This document shows positions 7,998 to 17,135 of a DNA stretch of 38,466 bases, one piece after another. Both the position numbers and the translations under genes were made by a program. Source of the stretch: Polyangiales bacterium (GTDB lineage Bacteria; Myxococcota_A; Polyangia; Polyangiales; DASUME01); NCBI GenBank assembly GCA_040508235.1, contig JBEVNG010000011.1, positions 1 to 38,466 of the forward strand, written 5' to 3'. Each line of letters starts with the position of its first letter. The first letter of the stretch is position 1. The notes under the pieces are model-generated. The model had not been told where the DNA came from, made no database searches, and worked only from the letters and a program-made list of their open reading frames with translations.

Positions 7998-8792
7998 TCA
8001 GGCCTGAGCGAGCTCGGGCGTCTCCTGCAGGCGCGTTCGCAGGCGGCGGTAGCGGGCGCGGAGTAGCGGGCGGCGCTTGAGGTATGCGAGCAGGCACAGG
8101 CCGTCGAAGGCGAAGTAGAAGATGCTGATGCCGCTCGGCGGATTGCCGCTCGGCAGCAGCTTCACGCCGCCAAACGCGTACTCGTACCAGGTCCAGGCGC
8201 CGAAGCCGGTGCCGACCTGCTCCAGGAACGCCACCAGCAGGTACATCGCGAGGAAGAACGTGCGCGACTCCGCGTCGGCCAGCACGATCCACACGAACAC
8301 CAGCGCGCAGACGGCGCCGAACACGTCGTGCGCGGCGACCAACCACCACAGCGAGTAGCCGACGCTGGCGACGAACATCGCGGAGGTCAACGCGCGCCTG
8401 TGGCGCACCACGAACGGCTCCCGCACGAAGTGGTAGATCGCCCCATAGATCACGGGATGCCCCAGCGGCACGTAGAGCGGGATGTTGTGCAGCCGGTACT
8501 CGTACATGCCGAACACCAGCGAGCAGAGGCTCTCCCCCACGAGCCCGATCACCACACCGTAGCGCATCAGCGCGCGCAGCCGCGGCGGTCCCTGGTGCGC
8601 CATCCAGACGTAGAAGCCGATCATCACCGCGTCCGCGGCCCACTGTCCGTACGGCCAGCGCGCGGCGATGTACGCGCTGTCGAGGCCGCAGATCACGAAG
8701 GTCAGCGGCAGCAGTGCGACCCAAGCGGCCGTGTGCTGCGCGTCCGCGGCCACGCTGCGCGCGGAGATCCCGCGCGCGCTCGTTGTCAGCAT
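7998..8792 (-). CDS. Polytopic membrane protein of unknown function
   Basis: Track ORF 7998..9020 was trimmed to ATG 8792 (MLTTSARG), which is preceded by AGGAGA. There are about 7 hydrophobic segments and a basic C-terminal tail. I recognise no family motif. Confidence 0.7.
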   Translation of the reverse strand: MLTTSARGISARSVAADAQHTAAWVALLPLTFVICGLDSAYIAARWPYGQWAADAVMIGFYVWMAHQGPPRLRALMRYGVVIGLVGESLCSLVFGMYEYRLHNIPLYVPLGHPVIYGAIYHFVREPFVVRHRRALTSAMFVASVGYSLWWLVAAHDVFGAVCALVFVWIVLADAESRTFFLAMYLLVAFLEQVGTGFGAWTWYEYAFGGVKLLPSGNPPSGISIFYFAFDGLCLLAYLKRRPLLRARYRRLRTRLQETPELAQA

Positions 8793-9037
8793 TCCAGTCT
8801 CCTGAAGCGAAGGAGCAAAGTTAGTCCGGGCTGGACCTGCACCTATCACGACTGAGCGCTGTAGCGATGATGCGATGGGCCAAACTATGGGCGCGGCGTG
8901 CAGGCTGTGAGGTGCAGATCTACCCAGGTGTGGCGAGAGGAGACTCCGTCTGCGCTCCAGCTGCGGACTTTCGCAGGATGGCTCGGCTCGTGCAGACCAA
9001 CGGCGCACGCAGTCCCTCACGAAAGGAAGACACTCGC

Positions 9038-9715
9038 ATGGCTAAGCTCACACTCCGCTCGGGCGCGATGTTCATGGTCCTCGCCGGACTCGCCGTGGCC
9101 CCCGCGTGCGCCAAGCAGCACCCCACGACCACCGCGGAGCGCGCCGAGATCGCGCATGGCGAGCTCAAGGCGACCGACTCGCTGACCGCCACGGTCGACA
9201 AGATCGACGCCGCCAACCAGACCGTGTTCCTGCACGACGATCAGGGTCATCACTTCGCGGTCCAGGCCAGCGGCGACGCGCTGGAGCGTCTGCAGCCTGA
9301 CGACCAGATCAAGGTCGTCTACCAGGAGTCGATCAAGTTCGCGCTGCAGGAGTCCAAGAAGTCCGACGCCGAGCAGAAGACCAAGGTCGAGGACCTGACC
9401 CAGCTCAAGGGCGACGACGCCGTCGAGTTCGGGCGCAAGATCTCGACCACGGTGCAGATCCTCGCCGTTGGCGAGCAGGGCTCGGCCGTCGAGTTCCGCG
9501 CGCCCGAGGGGCATGTCCGCACGGTGGCGATCGACGACCACGAGAGTCGCGAGAAGATCGCGGCGCTGCGTCCGGGCGACAAGGTGGCCGTTACCTACGT
9601 CGAGAAGCTCGGCCTGGAGCTGGACGAGTCGCACGTGCTGCAGCGCGTGAAGAAGGGCGCCGAACAGGGCGCGGCCGAAGGCGAGCGCAGCAGCGGCGAC
9701 GAAGCGGCGCGCTGA
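9038..9715 (+). CDS. Secreted protein of unknown function with two internal repeats
   Basis: Track ORF 8867..9715 was trimmed to ATG 9038, which is preceded by AAAGGAAG. The signal peptide is MAKLTLRSGAMFMVLAGLAVAPACA-KQ. Two related segments are present (TVDKIDAANQTVFLHDDQGHHFAVQ...DDQIKVVYQE and TVQILAVGEQGSAVEF...RPGDKVAVTYVE). Confidence 0.7.
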   Translation: MAKLTLRSGAMFMVLAGLAVAPACAKQHPTTTAERAEIAHGELKATDSLTATVDKIDAANQTVFLHDDQGHHFAVQASGDALERLQPDDQIKVVYQESIKFALQESKKSDAEQKTKVEDLTQLKGDDAVEFGRKISTTVQILAVGEQGSAVEFRAPEGHVRTVAIDDHESREKIAALRPGDKVAVTYVEKLGLELDESHVLQRVKKGAEQGAAEGERSSGDEAAR

Positions 9716-9717
9716 GC

Positions 9718-10032
9718 TCAGGCTCGCGTCAGCAGGTCGTCGGTGACCTCCATCGTGAAGGCGGGCTCGACGGCCGCCTCCGCGATGGCATCGACGAAGG
9801 CGCGACGTGTCTCGGGCTCGTCGTAGACCATCTTGGCGTCGAAGGCGCGCTTCCAGGTCTCGTAGTCCGGCCACTCGGCGTAGCCGACGAAGCGGCCGTC
9901 GCGATCCTGGTGCAGGCGCGAGCCGTAGGAGCCGTACTTGGCCGTGATCAGCTCGGTGCCCCGGCACCAGGCGCGCCGAAACTGCTCCTCCTTGCCGGGC
10001 TTGACCCGCCACCAGTACACCGCGACGAACAT
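9718..10032 (-). CDS. Small ABM-fold (antibiotic biosynthesis monooxygenase-like) protein
   Basis: Track ORF 9718..10302 was trimmed to ATG 10032 (MFVAVYWWRVKPGKEEQF), with GGAGG 6 nt upstream. It is 104 aa with a ferredoxin-like ABM pattern. It starts 11 nt after the stop of the upstream gene. Confidence 0.7.
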   Translation of the reverse strand: MFVAVYWWRVKPGKEEQFRRAWCRGTELITAKYGSYGSRLHQDRDGRFVGYAEWPDYETWKRAFDAKMVYDEPETRRAFVDAIAEAAVEPAFTMEVTDDLLTRA

Positions 10033-10043
10033 GGCGACCTCCG

Positions 10044-10715
10044 CTACTTGTCGAGCGCACGCTCGAGCGCGCGCAGGTTCTCGGACGAGAGCGCGAACCC
10101 GAACGCGAGGTACGTCCCGTTGTCGCGGTAGCCAGGGTTGTGCGCGGCGTATGCGCGCACCTGGGGCGACGCGTAGAAGCTCTCCGGGTAGGCGGCGAGT
10201 TGCTGCGGCGTGATCTGGATGCCCACGCGCACCAGGCCGGTCGCACGGTCGTACGCAAAGTCGCTCTCGCGCGCGAGCCGCTCGATGGCGTCGCACTGCC
10301 ACGCGGGTACGTCCGGTGCGCGCACGATCTCGTAGTGCGCGAGCGCGCGCGTGATCGAGGCGAAGCCAAACAGGCTGGCCATGCTCAGGCGATGCACGGT
10401 GGGGAAGCGCTGCAGCTGCTCGCGGTAGAACGCGAGCCCCGAGCGAAGGTGCAGCGACCGCCTGCGATACGACGGCGCGATGCGCAGCTTGCCGCCCACG
10501 ATCAGGCGCGCCTCCGGCACCGTGAGCGCCTTCCAGAACTGAAAGCCGATCACGGCGCCCCGGTCGCGGAACAGGTGTACGCAGTCGTTGGTGTTCGCGT
10601 GCTTGTCGAAGTGCGCACGCGGCTCGGCGCTCATGGTGATCGCGAGCGCATGCAGCTCGTCGAGCAGCGCGGGCGTCCAGACTTCACGCGGATGGACTTC
10701 GAGAGCAGGCTCCAC
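10044..10715 (-). CDS. Hypothetical protein, possibly a GNAT-fold acyltransferase
   Basis: This 223-aa ORF has high GC3 and a GTG start at 10715, 17 nt after the carotenoid oxygenase stop. The segment GGKLRIAPSYRRRSLHLRSG only loosely resembles an acyl-CoA-binding loop. The function is not established. Confidence 0.65.
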   Translation of the reverse strand: MEPALEVHPREVWTPALLDELHALAITMSAEPRAHFDKHANTNDCVHLFRDRGAVIGFQFWKALTVPEARLIVGGKLRIAPSYRRRSLHLRSGLAFYREQLQRFPTVHRLSMASLFGFASITRALAHYEIVRAPDVPAWQCDAIERLARESDFAYDRATGLVRVGIQITPQQLAAYPESFYASPQVRAYAAHNPGYRDNGTYLAFGFALSSENLRALERALDK

Positions 10716-10735
10716 CCTGGCGAGCTTAGCGCGCG

Positions 10736-12196
10736 TCAGAGCGCGCGGAAGTTGCCGTGGAACCCCAGCGGCAGCGCCAGCTCCACGTCGCAGTGCGCCA
10801 GCGCCTCCATGGTGCGCGCGTCGATCACCGCCAGCGTCGCGCGGTCCTCCCGCAGGTGCGAGCCGACCGACAGCAGCACGCCGTCGTCTTCCTCCTGCGC
10901 TCCCGGTCGCGGCACGAACACGGGCTCACCGTAGGTCACGTCCGGCTCGCTGAAGCGGCGTACCTCGGGCTGCTCGCGATCGAGGCGCACCACCTCCGAG
11001 CGCCAACCGTCGGTGGCATCGTGCAACGCGAGGCCCCAGGCGTAGCGGTACGGGCGCCCGTGTACGCGGGCGTAATTGATCGCAGGAAAGTCGAAGCCGA
11101 CGTTCGAGAGCTGCTCCAGCTCCACGCGCTTGGCGCCCGGACGCAGGCGCGCCCGCACATAGCGCGGTGCGAAGTTGGGCAGCTTGCCGCGCGCGAGCTT
11201 GTCGGTGGTCAGCGCGTCGATCACGCTGGCGTCGTCGAAGGCCACGAAGTCGAACACCACGTCGTCGCCCTGCTCGAACGTGTTGACCACGTGGAAGCAG
11301 AACAGCGTCTCGGTCTCGTAGCGCGTCCAGCTGCCGCGCTTGCGATCGAACAGGTGCAGGAAGGTGCCCGTCTCCGGCTGCCACTTGAAGCGCTCGATGA
11401 ACGGCCGGTCGGTCCACAGCAGCGACAGCGCATTCACGCGCAGCGGGTGCTCGATCAACACTACATGCCGCGCGGTGACGCCGAAATCGTGCAGGTACGG
11501 CGTGCGGCTGAACGCGAGCTTGCCCTCCAGCGTGCGCGCCTTGTCGTGCGGGCCCTGACGGAACACGGAGATCTCACTCTTGGGCCCGAACGTGGTGCCC
11601 AGGTTGACCAGCGCGTTGCCCACGAAGTCGTAGTGCGGATGCGCGGTGGTGTTCATGCCCTTGGGCAGCTCGTCCTGGTACTCGTAGAGCCCACGCGTGG
11701 CCATGTCGTCGCTGCCGATCACGTGCTGCGCCGGGGTCTCGGTCATCGCGAGCCATGCGCCCTGCCAGGGCACCACGTTCACGTTCGTGTTGTCGGTCAG
11801 CGGCGGCGCCGGCTGCACCAGGCGCTGGAAGAAGCTGCGCTTCATCGGCGTGCCGAACGAGCCCATGCGGTTGCCGCCCGCCGCGGCGTGTTGCGCCGCC
11901 TTCGACGCCAGCAAGCGCTGCCGGAACGTCACGCCCTGCGGGCCAAAGTTGAACCCGTACATCAGGCCGAGGCCGTCGAACCAGTGCGCGGCACGCCAGC
12001 CCTCGGTCTCGAACACCGCCGGCGCCGTGCGCACCAGCTGCCCCGAGAGCCAGCTCGGAAGCTCGCCACGTGGCTGCACCGGCAGCTGGTCCTGGTTGCG
12101 TGCGGTCCAACGAAACGGTGCGCGATCGAGCGCGGGCTGCGCATGCACCGCGGGTACGGCCTGGAAACGGGTGAGCGTGGAGACGGCTTGGCTCAT
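10736..12196 (-). CDS. Carotenoid oxygenase family dioxygenase (CCD/RPE65/lignostilbene dioxygenase family)
   Basis: The N-terminal pattern is GELPSWLSGQLVRTAPAVFE...HWFDGLGLMYGF. Four conserved His contexts are present: TAHPHYDF, LHDFGVT, CFHVVNTFE and LGFHGNF. It is 486 aa, with TGGAG upstream of the ATG. Confidence 0.92.
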   Translation of the reverse strand: MSQAVSTLTRFQAVPAVHAQPALDRAPFRWTARNQDQLPVQPRGELPSWLSGQLVRTAPAVFETEGWRAAHWFDGLGLMYGFNFGPQGVTFRQRLLASKAAQHAAAGGNRMGSFGTPMKRSFFQRLVQPAPPLTDNTNVNVVPWQGAWLAMTETPAQHVIGSDDMATRGLYEYQDELPKGMNTTAHPHYDFVGNALVNLGTTFGPKSEISVFRQGPHDKARTLEGKLAFSRTPYLHDFGVTARHVVLIEHPLRVNALSLLWTDRPFIERFKWQPETGTFLHLFDRKRGSWTRYETETLFCFHVVNTFEQGDDVVFDFVAFDDASVIDALTTDKLARGKLPNFAPRYVRARLRPGAKRVELEQLSNVGFDFPAINYARVHGRPYRYAWGLALHDATDGWRSEVVRLDREQPEVRRFSEPDVTYGEPVFVPRPGAQEEDDGVLLSVGSHLREDRATLAVIDARTMEALAHCDVELALPLGFHGNFRAL

Positions 12197-12208
12197 GGTG
12201 CAGCTCCA

Positions 12209-12257
12209 ATCTTGTCGATGTCTAGATGCTGCGATCCCATCTTGCTTGTGTCAAGAT
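12209..12257. promoter_or_regulatory. Pair of 19-bp operator-like elements in the TetR / carotenoid-oxygenase divergent intergenic region
   Basis: ATCTTGTCGATGTCTAGAT is at 12209-12227 and ATCTTGCTTGTGTCAAGAT at 12239-12257. They share 14/19 positions and lie 30 bp apart start to start. The second contains the perfect inverted arms ATCTTG/CAAGAT. Each lies 12-13 nt from one of the two start codons. Confidence 0.4.
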
Positions 12258-12895
12258 CAGCTTCGCAAGATGCCGACATCACGCCCCAAGCGCAGCTATC
12301 ACCACGGCGATCTCCGGCGCGCGCTGGTCGACGCGGCCTGGCAGCTGGTGCGAGACGGAGGTCTGCAAGCGCTGAGCCTGCGCGAGGTCGCGCGCGTGGT
12401 CGGCGTCAGCCACGCGGCGCCGTACCATCACTTCCCCACGCGCGGCGCACTGCTCGATGCGCTCGCGGAGCAGGCCTTCACGGGCCTCGAACACGCGCAG
12501 CGCGTGGCGCTCGGCGACCTGACCGACGGACCCCAGATGCTCTACGCGATCGGCCGCGCGTACATCGACTTCGCGCGCGAGCACCCCGAGCAGGTGCTGG
12601 TGATGTTCCGCGCGCGCGCGGAGGACGAGGGCGCGTCTCCCGCCTCGCTCATCGAGATCGGCGAGCGCGCTTTCGCCCAGCTGTTCGACGTCGTCTCGAC
12701 CTGCCAACAGCAAGGCGCCGCCCCGCAGGGCGACACCCACGAGCTCGCACTCGCGCAGTGGAGCCTGGTGCACGGCTTCGCCAAGCTCTGGGTCGAGGGC
12801 CCGCTCACTGTGATGCCCTCCTACGCCAACAGCTTCGAGCGCCTGCGCGACGCCCTGCTGCACGGCGTGCGCGAGGGCTGGAGCGCACAGGCACG

Positions 12896-13924
<1,029 letters not shown>

Positions 13925-14002
13925 CAGCTCCAGGCTGAGGCACGCGAGCGCCGGCGGTAGCGCGCTGGACGCGAACGCATTTTCAACGAAATCTTGAGAA
14001 TC

Positions 14003-14893
14003 ATGGAGCGCCTCGACGACCTCGCCCTGTTCCTGCGCGTGCTGGACCTCGGCTCCATCAGCGCCGCCGCGCACAGCCTGGAGCTCTCCGTGGCGGTCGC
14101 GAGCCAGCGGCTCAAGCGCCTGGAGCGCGGCATGGGAGTGCAGCTGCTGCATCGCACCACGCGCCGCCTGTGGGCCACCAGCGAGGGCGCCGCGCTGGCC
14201 GAGCGCGGGCGTCCTTTGATCGAGGATCTGGAGGCGCTGACCAGCGGCATGCGGAGCGGAGAGATCACGGGCACCCTGCGCATCGGCGCCCCCGCGTCCT
14301 TTGGAAGGCTGCACCTGTCGCCGCTGCTGCCGCGCTTCCTGGAGCGCCACCCTCGCCTGCGCCTGAGCGCGCACCTGAGCGACGAGCTGATCGACCTGGG
14401 CTCGCGCGGCCTCGACGTGGCCCTGCGCATCGGCGCGCTCGATGCGTCGAGCCTGGTGGCGCGCAAGATCGCGGACGACCCACGCATCCTGGTCGCGTCG
14501 CCGGACTACCTCGCGCGGCGAGGTACACCCAAGAAGCCCGCCGACCTCGCGCAACACGACTGGCTGCGCTTGCTCGGCCAGCGCCCCACCCTGCGCCTGC
14601 GCGACGCGCGCGGACGTGAGGAGACGGTGCGTGTCGAGGGCCGCTACGAGAGCTCGCTCGGCGAGGCGCTGTGCGACGCAGCGGTCGCGGGACTCGGCAT
14701 CGCGCGCCACTCGACCTGGCTGGTGCGCCGCGAGCTGGCGGCGGGCAGGCTCGTGCGCGTGCTCCCGAGCTACACGACGCTGCCCGAGTCGGGCATCTAC
14801 GCCGTGATGCCCGCGCGCCGCCTGCTGCCCCCGCGGGTGCGAGCATTCGTCGACTTCCTGTGCGAGCAGCTGCCCGCGCGCCTATTTCCTTGA
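14003..14893 (+). CDS. LysR family transcriptional regulator
   Basis: The N-terminal wHTH is MERLDDLALFLRVLDLGSISAAAHSLELSVAVASQRLKRLE. The track start at 13994 is a TTG, so ATG 14003 is preferred. It is divergent from the aldo/keto reductase. Confidence 0.9.
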   Translation: MERLDDLALFLRVLDLGSISAAAHSLELSVAVASQRLKRLERGMGVQLLHRTTRRLWATSEGAALAERGRPLIEDLEALTSGMRSGEITGTLRIGAPASFGRLHLSPLLPRFLERHPRLRLSAHLSDELIDLGSRGLDVALRIGALDASSLVARKIADDPRILVASPDYLARRGTPKKPADLAQHDWLRLLGQRPTLRLRDARGREETVRVEGRYESSLGEALCDAAVAGLGIARHSTWLVRRELAAGRLVRVLPSYTTLPESGIYAVMPARRLLPPRVRAFVDFLCEQLPARLFP

Positions 14894-14955
14894 GCGATAA
14901 CAAGACACGAAACGATTCATTGGATCGATGCACCAACCCCACGCACGCTGAGGGC

Positions 14956-15678
14956 ATGCAGACCTGGAACGCTGGTGACTACGTTCGCAATGCTTCGTTC
15001 GTGCCCGCTCTTGGCGAGGCGCTGCTCGGGCTGATCACGGTCGCGCCGCCGGCGCGGGTGCTCGACCTGGGCTGTGGGGATGGGGCGCTGACGGAGCAGC
15101 TGCGTGGGTACGAGGTGGTCGCGGTGGATGCGAGTCCGCAGATGATCGAAGCCGCCCAGCGCCGTGGGCTGGACGCGCGCGTGGTCGATGGGCATGCGCT
15201 GCCGTTTCGCGACGAGTTCGACGTAGTGTTCAGCAACGCGGCGCTGCACTGGATGACGCGGCCCGACGAGGTGATCGCGGGCATCCATCGAGCGCTTCGT
15301 CCTCGGGGGGAGCTGGTCGCGGAGTTTGGCGGCGCCGGCAACGTGGCCAGCGTGGTCGAGGCGCTCAGCCGAGAGCTGGCCGCCAGAGAGCTGCCCGCGC
15401 CGCAGCCGTGGTACTTCCCGAGCGCGGGCGAGTACGCCAGCAAGCTGGAGCGCGCGGGCTTTCGCGTGGAGCTCGTCGCGCACTTCGACCGTCCCACGCC
15501 GCTGCCGGGTGACGTGCTCGACTGGATCGCGACCTTCGGCGAGCGCTTCACGAGCTGCGTTCGACCCGCGGAGCGCCCCCGGTTCCTGGAGGACGTGCGC
15601 GCGCGCCTGGCTCCGCTGCAGCAGGGCGAGTGGGTGCTCGACTACGTCCGCCTGCGCGTGCGCGCGCGCAAGGTTTAG
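14956..15678 (+). CDS. Class I SAM-dependent methyltransferase (trans-aconitate methyltransferase-like)
   Basis: Track ORF 14671..15678 was trimmed to ATG 14956 (MQTWNAGDYVRNASF). The SAM motif I is VLDLGCGDG, and the post-I/II spacing is VVAVDASPQM...VFSNAALHW. Confidence 0.88.
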   Translation: MQTWNAGDYVRNASFVPALGEALLGLITVAPPARVLDLGCGDGALTEQLRGYEVVAVDASPQMIEAAQRRGLDARVVDGHALPFRDEFDVVFSNAALHWMTRPDEVIAGIHRALRPRGELVAEFGGAGNVASVVEALSRELAARELPAPQPWYFPSAGEYASKLERAGFRVELVAHFDRPTPLPGDVLDWIATFGERFTSCVRPAERPRFLEDVRARLAPLQQGEWVLDYVRLRVRARKV

Positions 15679-15715
15679 CGCTATATCCCTGCCCTCACCG
15701 CACAGGAGCAGGCGT

Positions 15716-16096
15716 ATGCCGTTCGTTCGCATCGACGTCATCGAGGGCGCGTCTTCGCGCTTCAAAGCCCAGATCTCGGACGCGGTGCACACCGCGCTGG
15801 TCGACACCTTCAACGTGCCAGCGGACGACAAGTTCCAGGCCATCCACGTGCATGCGCCGGACGAGCTGGTCTACGCACCGGCCTACCTCGGCATCGTGCA
15901 CTCCAAGGCGATCGTGATCATCCAGATCACCTGCAACGAGGGCCGCACGCTGGAGCTGAAGAAGGCGCTCTACGCGCGCATCGCCGAGCTGATCGCCGGC
16001 AGCACCGAGATCGGAAAGAACGACGTGATCATCAACCTGATCGAGGTGAAGAAGGAAAATTGGTCGTTCGGAAACGGCGTCGCACAGTACGGCTAA
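15716..16096 (+). CDS. Tautomerase family protein (4-OT superfamily, long form)
   Basis: Track ORF 15326..16096 was trimmed to ATG 15716, which is preceded by AGGAG. The protein begins MPFVRIDVIEG, giving the catalytic Pro1 after Met removal. It is 126 aa. Confidence 0.85.
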   Translation: MPFVRIDVIEGASSRFKAQISDAVHTALVDTFNVPADDKFQAIHVHAPDELVYAPAYLGIVHSKAIVIIQITCNEGRTLELKKALYARIAELIAGSTEIGKNDVIINLIEVKKENWSFGNGVAQYG

Positions 16097-16981
16097 ATGA
16101 TGTACTTGGGCGCGCTGAGCGCGTTCGCGGCCTCGGTCACCTGGGCGTTCGCCTCCACGCGCTACTCCATCGTCGCGCGTGAACAGGGTGCGGTACGCGT
16201 GGGGGTCGTACGCGCCGTCACCGCCAGCGGGTTGTGGCTGACCTGGCTCGCCTGCACGGACGGGCTTGCCTCGCTGGCGCAGATCGATGGCCGCCACGCG
16301 CTGATCCTGATCGGCTCGGTGATGTGCTCGTACGTGGTGGGCGACCGCGTGTTCTTCGCGGCCTCCGCGCGGCTGGGTGTGCCCTCGGCGCTCGCGATCG
16401 CGACCATCTATCCGCTGTGGGCCGCGCTTTACGGCACGTTCGTGCGCGGCGAGTCGCTGGGGCCGCGCCGCATCGTGGGCATCGCGTGTTGCCTGGCGGG
16501 TGTGTCGGCGGTGCTGTGGATGAGCCGCGACCCCAAGCTGCACCAGGCGCGCGGCGTGTGGCAGGGCGCCGCGCTGGCGCTGTTGACCTCGTGCTTCTGG
16601 GCCGGCAACGCGGTGTTCCTCAAGCTCGGCACGGACGACCTCAGCATCTACCAGGCGAACGGCTTTCGCTACACGGTCGCCGCGCTGGTGCTGCTGGTGC
16701 AGCTGCGCACCGCCAAGCCGCCCGCGAGCAAGCTGCCGATGCGCGAGCTCGTGCGCACGATGCGCGCGCCGCTCGCGCTCGATGCCGGCTTCGGCTCCGT
16801 GTTGTTCGTCTACGGAATCGCGCACACCGACCTCGCGCTCGGCGCCACGCTGTCGTCACTCTCGCCCTTGGTCGCGCTGCCCGTCGCGGTCGCGATGCGC
16901 ACCGAGCGCGTCACCGCGGGCAAGGTCGCCGCCGTCTGCCTGACACTCAGCGGCGTCGTGCTGCTCGTGACGACCGCCTAG
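16097..16981 (+). CDS. DMT superfamily transporter (EamA-like)
   Basis: It starts immediately after the tautomerase stop. It is 294 aa with about 10 hydrophobic segments arranged in two halves, as in EamA repeats. Confidence 0.85.
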   Translation: MMYLGALSAFAASVTWAFASTRYSIVAREQGAVRVGVVRAVTASGLWLTWLACTDGLASLAQIDGRHALILIGSVMCSYVVGDRVFFAASARLGVPSALAIATIYPLWAALYGTFVRGESLGPRRIVGIACCLAGVSAVLWMSRDPKLHQARGVWQGAALALLTSCFWAGNAVFLKLGTDDLSIYQANGFRYTVAALVLLVQLRTAKPPASKLPMRELVRTMRAPLALDAGFGSVLFVYGIAHTDLALGATLSSLSPLVALPVAVAMRTERVTAGKVAAVCLTLSGVVLLVTTA

Positions 16982-17065
16982 AGTGCGTCATTCCGCTGAC
17001 GCTCGGGCACGTGTTGACGCAAAGCTGGCGGCAGACACCCGATTGGTGATTAATTGATCGAGCGT

Positions 17066-17135
17066 CGGCACGGGTCGGTCTCTCGAATGAGTCGGTCCAG
17101 GATTTCTGCGGGAGATCGATCCGTGCCGCCTTTTC
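17066..17135 (+). terminator. Intrinsic-terminator-like hairpin downstream of the EamA gene
   Basis: 17066-17085 pairs with 17109-17128 as a 20-bp stem. This includes 3 G-U pairs when read as plus-strand RNA. The loop is 23 nt, and CCTTTTC follows. The element lies between convergent genes. Confidence 0.55.

Noticed and set aside
13979-13992. ATTT-N6-AAAT inverted repeat upstream of the LysR gene as a LysR box
   Set aside because: It does not fit the T-N11-A spacing of LysR binding sites. It is short and AT-rich, so it could equally be promoter -10-like sequence. I kept it only as a note.
13925-14710. 262-residue N-terminal extension of the aldo-keto reductase ORF (track ORF 12896-14710)
   Set aside because: It is antisense to the LysR gene. 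AKR homology starts at METRFLGSSG (13924).
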